From an uncultured Collinsella sp. (lineage in GTDB: Bacteria; Actinomycetota; Coriobacteriia; Coriobacteriales; Coriobacteriaceae), in contig UQLC01000010.1 of NCBI GenBank assembly GCA_900541795.1, positions 4,669 through 68,668 on the forward strand: DNA of 64,000 nucleotides. The letters are read 5' to 3'. Shown in pieces: positions 63,285-64,000 of the stretch. Every line of letters begins with the position of its first letter. Positions within the stretch are counted from its first letter, which is position 1. The notes under the pieces were generated by a model. It ran no database searches, was not told where the DNA came from, and saw only the letters and a program-made list of their open reading frames with translations. A program made the translations under genes and the position numbers.

Positions 63285-64000
63285 GACGCACTCCGTAGAA
63301 TACGCGGCTCACCGAGTTGTAAAAACTCTCGGGGCCGTAGTCGAGCAGCAGCACATCGCCGGGGCCTCGGCGCACGGCCACGCTCTCGACCGTGCCGTCG
63401 CAGGTAATAAACTGTCCATCGATAGCGATCGCCGGAACGCTCGGGCGATCATCGGACATAAAGATTTCGACGACATCACTCGGCGAAGTCAAGAAGGCAC
63501 GGGCCTGAATGGTGTGCGGCGCAATGGGTACGCAGACCATACCCGTATAGTCGGGGCTCACAATGGGGCCACCTGCACTGAGCGCGTACCCCGTAGAACC
63601 AGTCGCCGTGGACACGACCACGCCGTCGCCACGCAGTCGATCGATATGGTGGCCCGACACCGTGATGTCGAACTCAACCATATCGGACAGGGGGCCGCGC
63701 GTGAGCGCCATGTCGTTGAGGGCGAACGTGCGCACGACATCCTTCGTGCCATCGTCGCGCACGGACACGATATCCGCGGCGATGGTGGCGCGACGGCTCA
63801 CGTGCAGCTCGCCGGAAAGGGCGTCGCTCACGACCTGCAGAATGTCGCGCTCCTCGGGGCTCGCAGCAGTTAAAAAGCCCAGGTGACCATAGGAAAGACC
63901 GAGGATAGGAATCTCGCGATGGTTGAGGATGCGGGCAGCGCGCAGCAACGTACCGTCGCCGCCGAGCGTAATGACCAGATCGGAGCCGTCAATATCAGGC
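63274..64000 (-). CDS. nadK: NAD kinase; 5' end outside window
   Basis: The reading frame stays open to the window edge. Nt 63949-64000 add PDIDGSDLVITLGGDGT upstream of LLRAARIL (the GGDGT motif). Downstream motifs are NDMAL and TGSTGYALSAGGPI. Confidence 0.9.
   Translation of the reverse strand, partial: PDIDGSDLVITLGGDGTLLRAARILNHREIPILGLSYGHLGFLTAASPEERDILQVVSDALSGELHVSRRATIAADIVSVRDDGTKDVVRTFALNDMALTRGPLSDMVEFDITVSGHHIDRLRGDGVVVSTATGSTGYALSAGGPIVSPDYTGMVCVPIAPHTIQARAFLTSPSDVVEIFMSDDRPSVPAIAIDGQFITCDGTVESVAVRRGPGDVLLLDYGPESFYNSVSRVFYGVRHDR

Overview
This is a high-GC (roughly 60%) Gram-positive chromosomal segment. Gene content and protein sequences fit Actinomycetota best, probably Coriobacteriia; that assignment is inference only.

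Gene order, left to right:
- A glycogen cluster: glgP, glgC, glgD, a glgA with a long low-complexity tail, and a 1098-aa GH13/GH77 fusion enzyme.
- Housekeeping genes: FmdB zinc ribbon, rsmB-fmt-def-priA, gltX, metK, sdaA.
- An L,D-transpeptidase and a MacAB-type efflux set.
- A visibly more GC-rich block of about 16 kb on the minus strand. It holds 17 back-to-back, mostly start/stop-overlapping anaerobic cobalamin genes: cbiF-cbiD-(cbiL remnant)-cbiG-cbiH-cbiET-cbiA-cobT-cobU-cobS-cobC fusion-cbiB-cobD-cbiP-cobO-cbiC-cbiJ.
- A divergent plus-strand operon behind a candidate cobalamin riboswitch. It encodes a Tat-lipoprotein CbiK, an unknown lipoprotein and a BtuFCD-like ABC importer.
- A TetR regulator, a flippase-like membrane protein, tRNA-Glu(CUC) and cca.
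- A fructose-PTS block: two pfkB paralogs, ptsI, ptsH, fruA and a divergent rpiR.
- recN and the 3' part of nadK.

I found no transposase, integrase, CRISPR array or rRNA.

The most unusual signals:
1. A family of nested palindromes. A conserved structured core of about 68 nt, with compensatory stem substitutions between copies, sits at the apex of unrelated 26-39 bp perfect palindromes.
2. A second, REP/MITE-like repeat family with 3 copies. One copy lies exactly at the GC-composition junction of the B12 block.
3. Signs that the B12 pathway is remodelled: a cbiL remnant, an exported CbiK, a degenerate CobU-like domain fused to CobC, and a new paralogous lipoprotein domain on the corrinoid importer.
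4. A glycogen synthase carrying a histone-H1-like Ala/Lys/Thr-rich tail of about 270 aa.

All functional calls rest on motif recognition by eye in the supplied translations. No database search was run.
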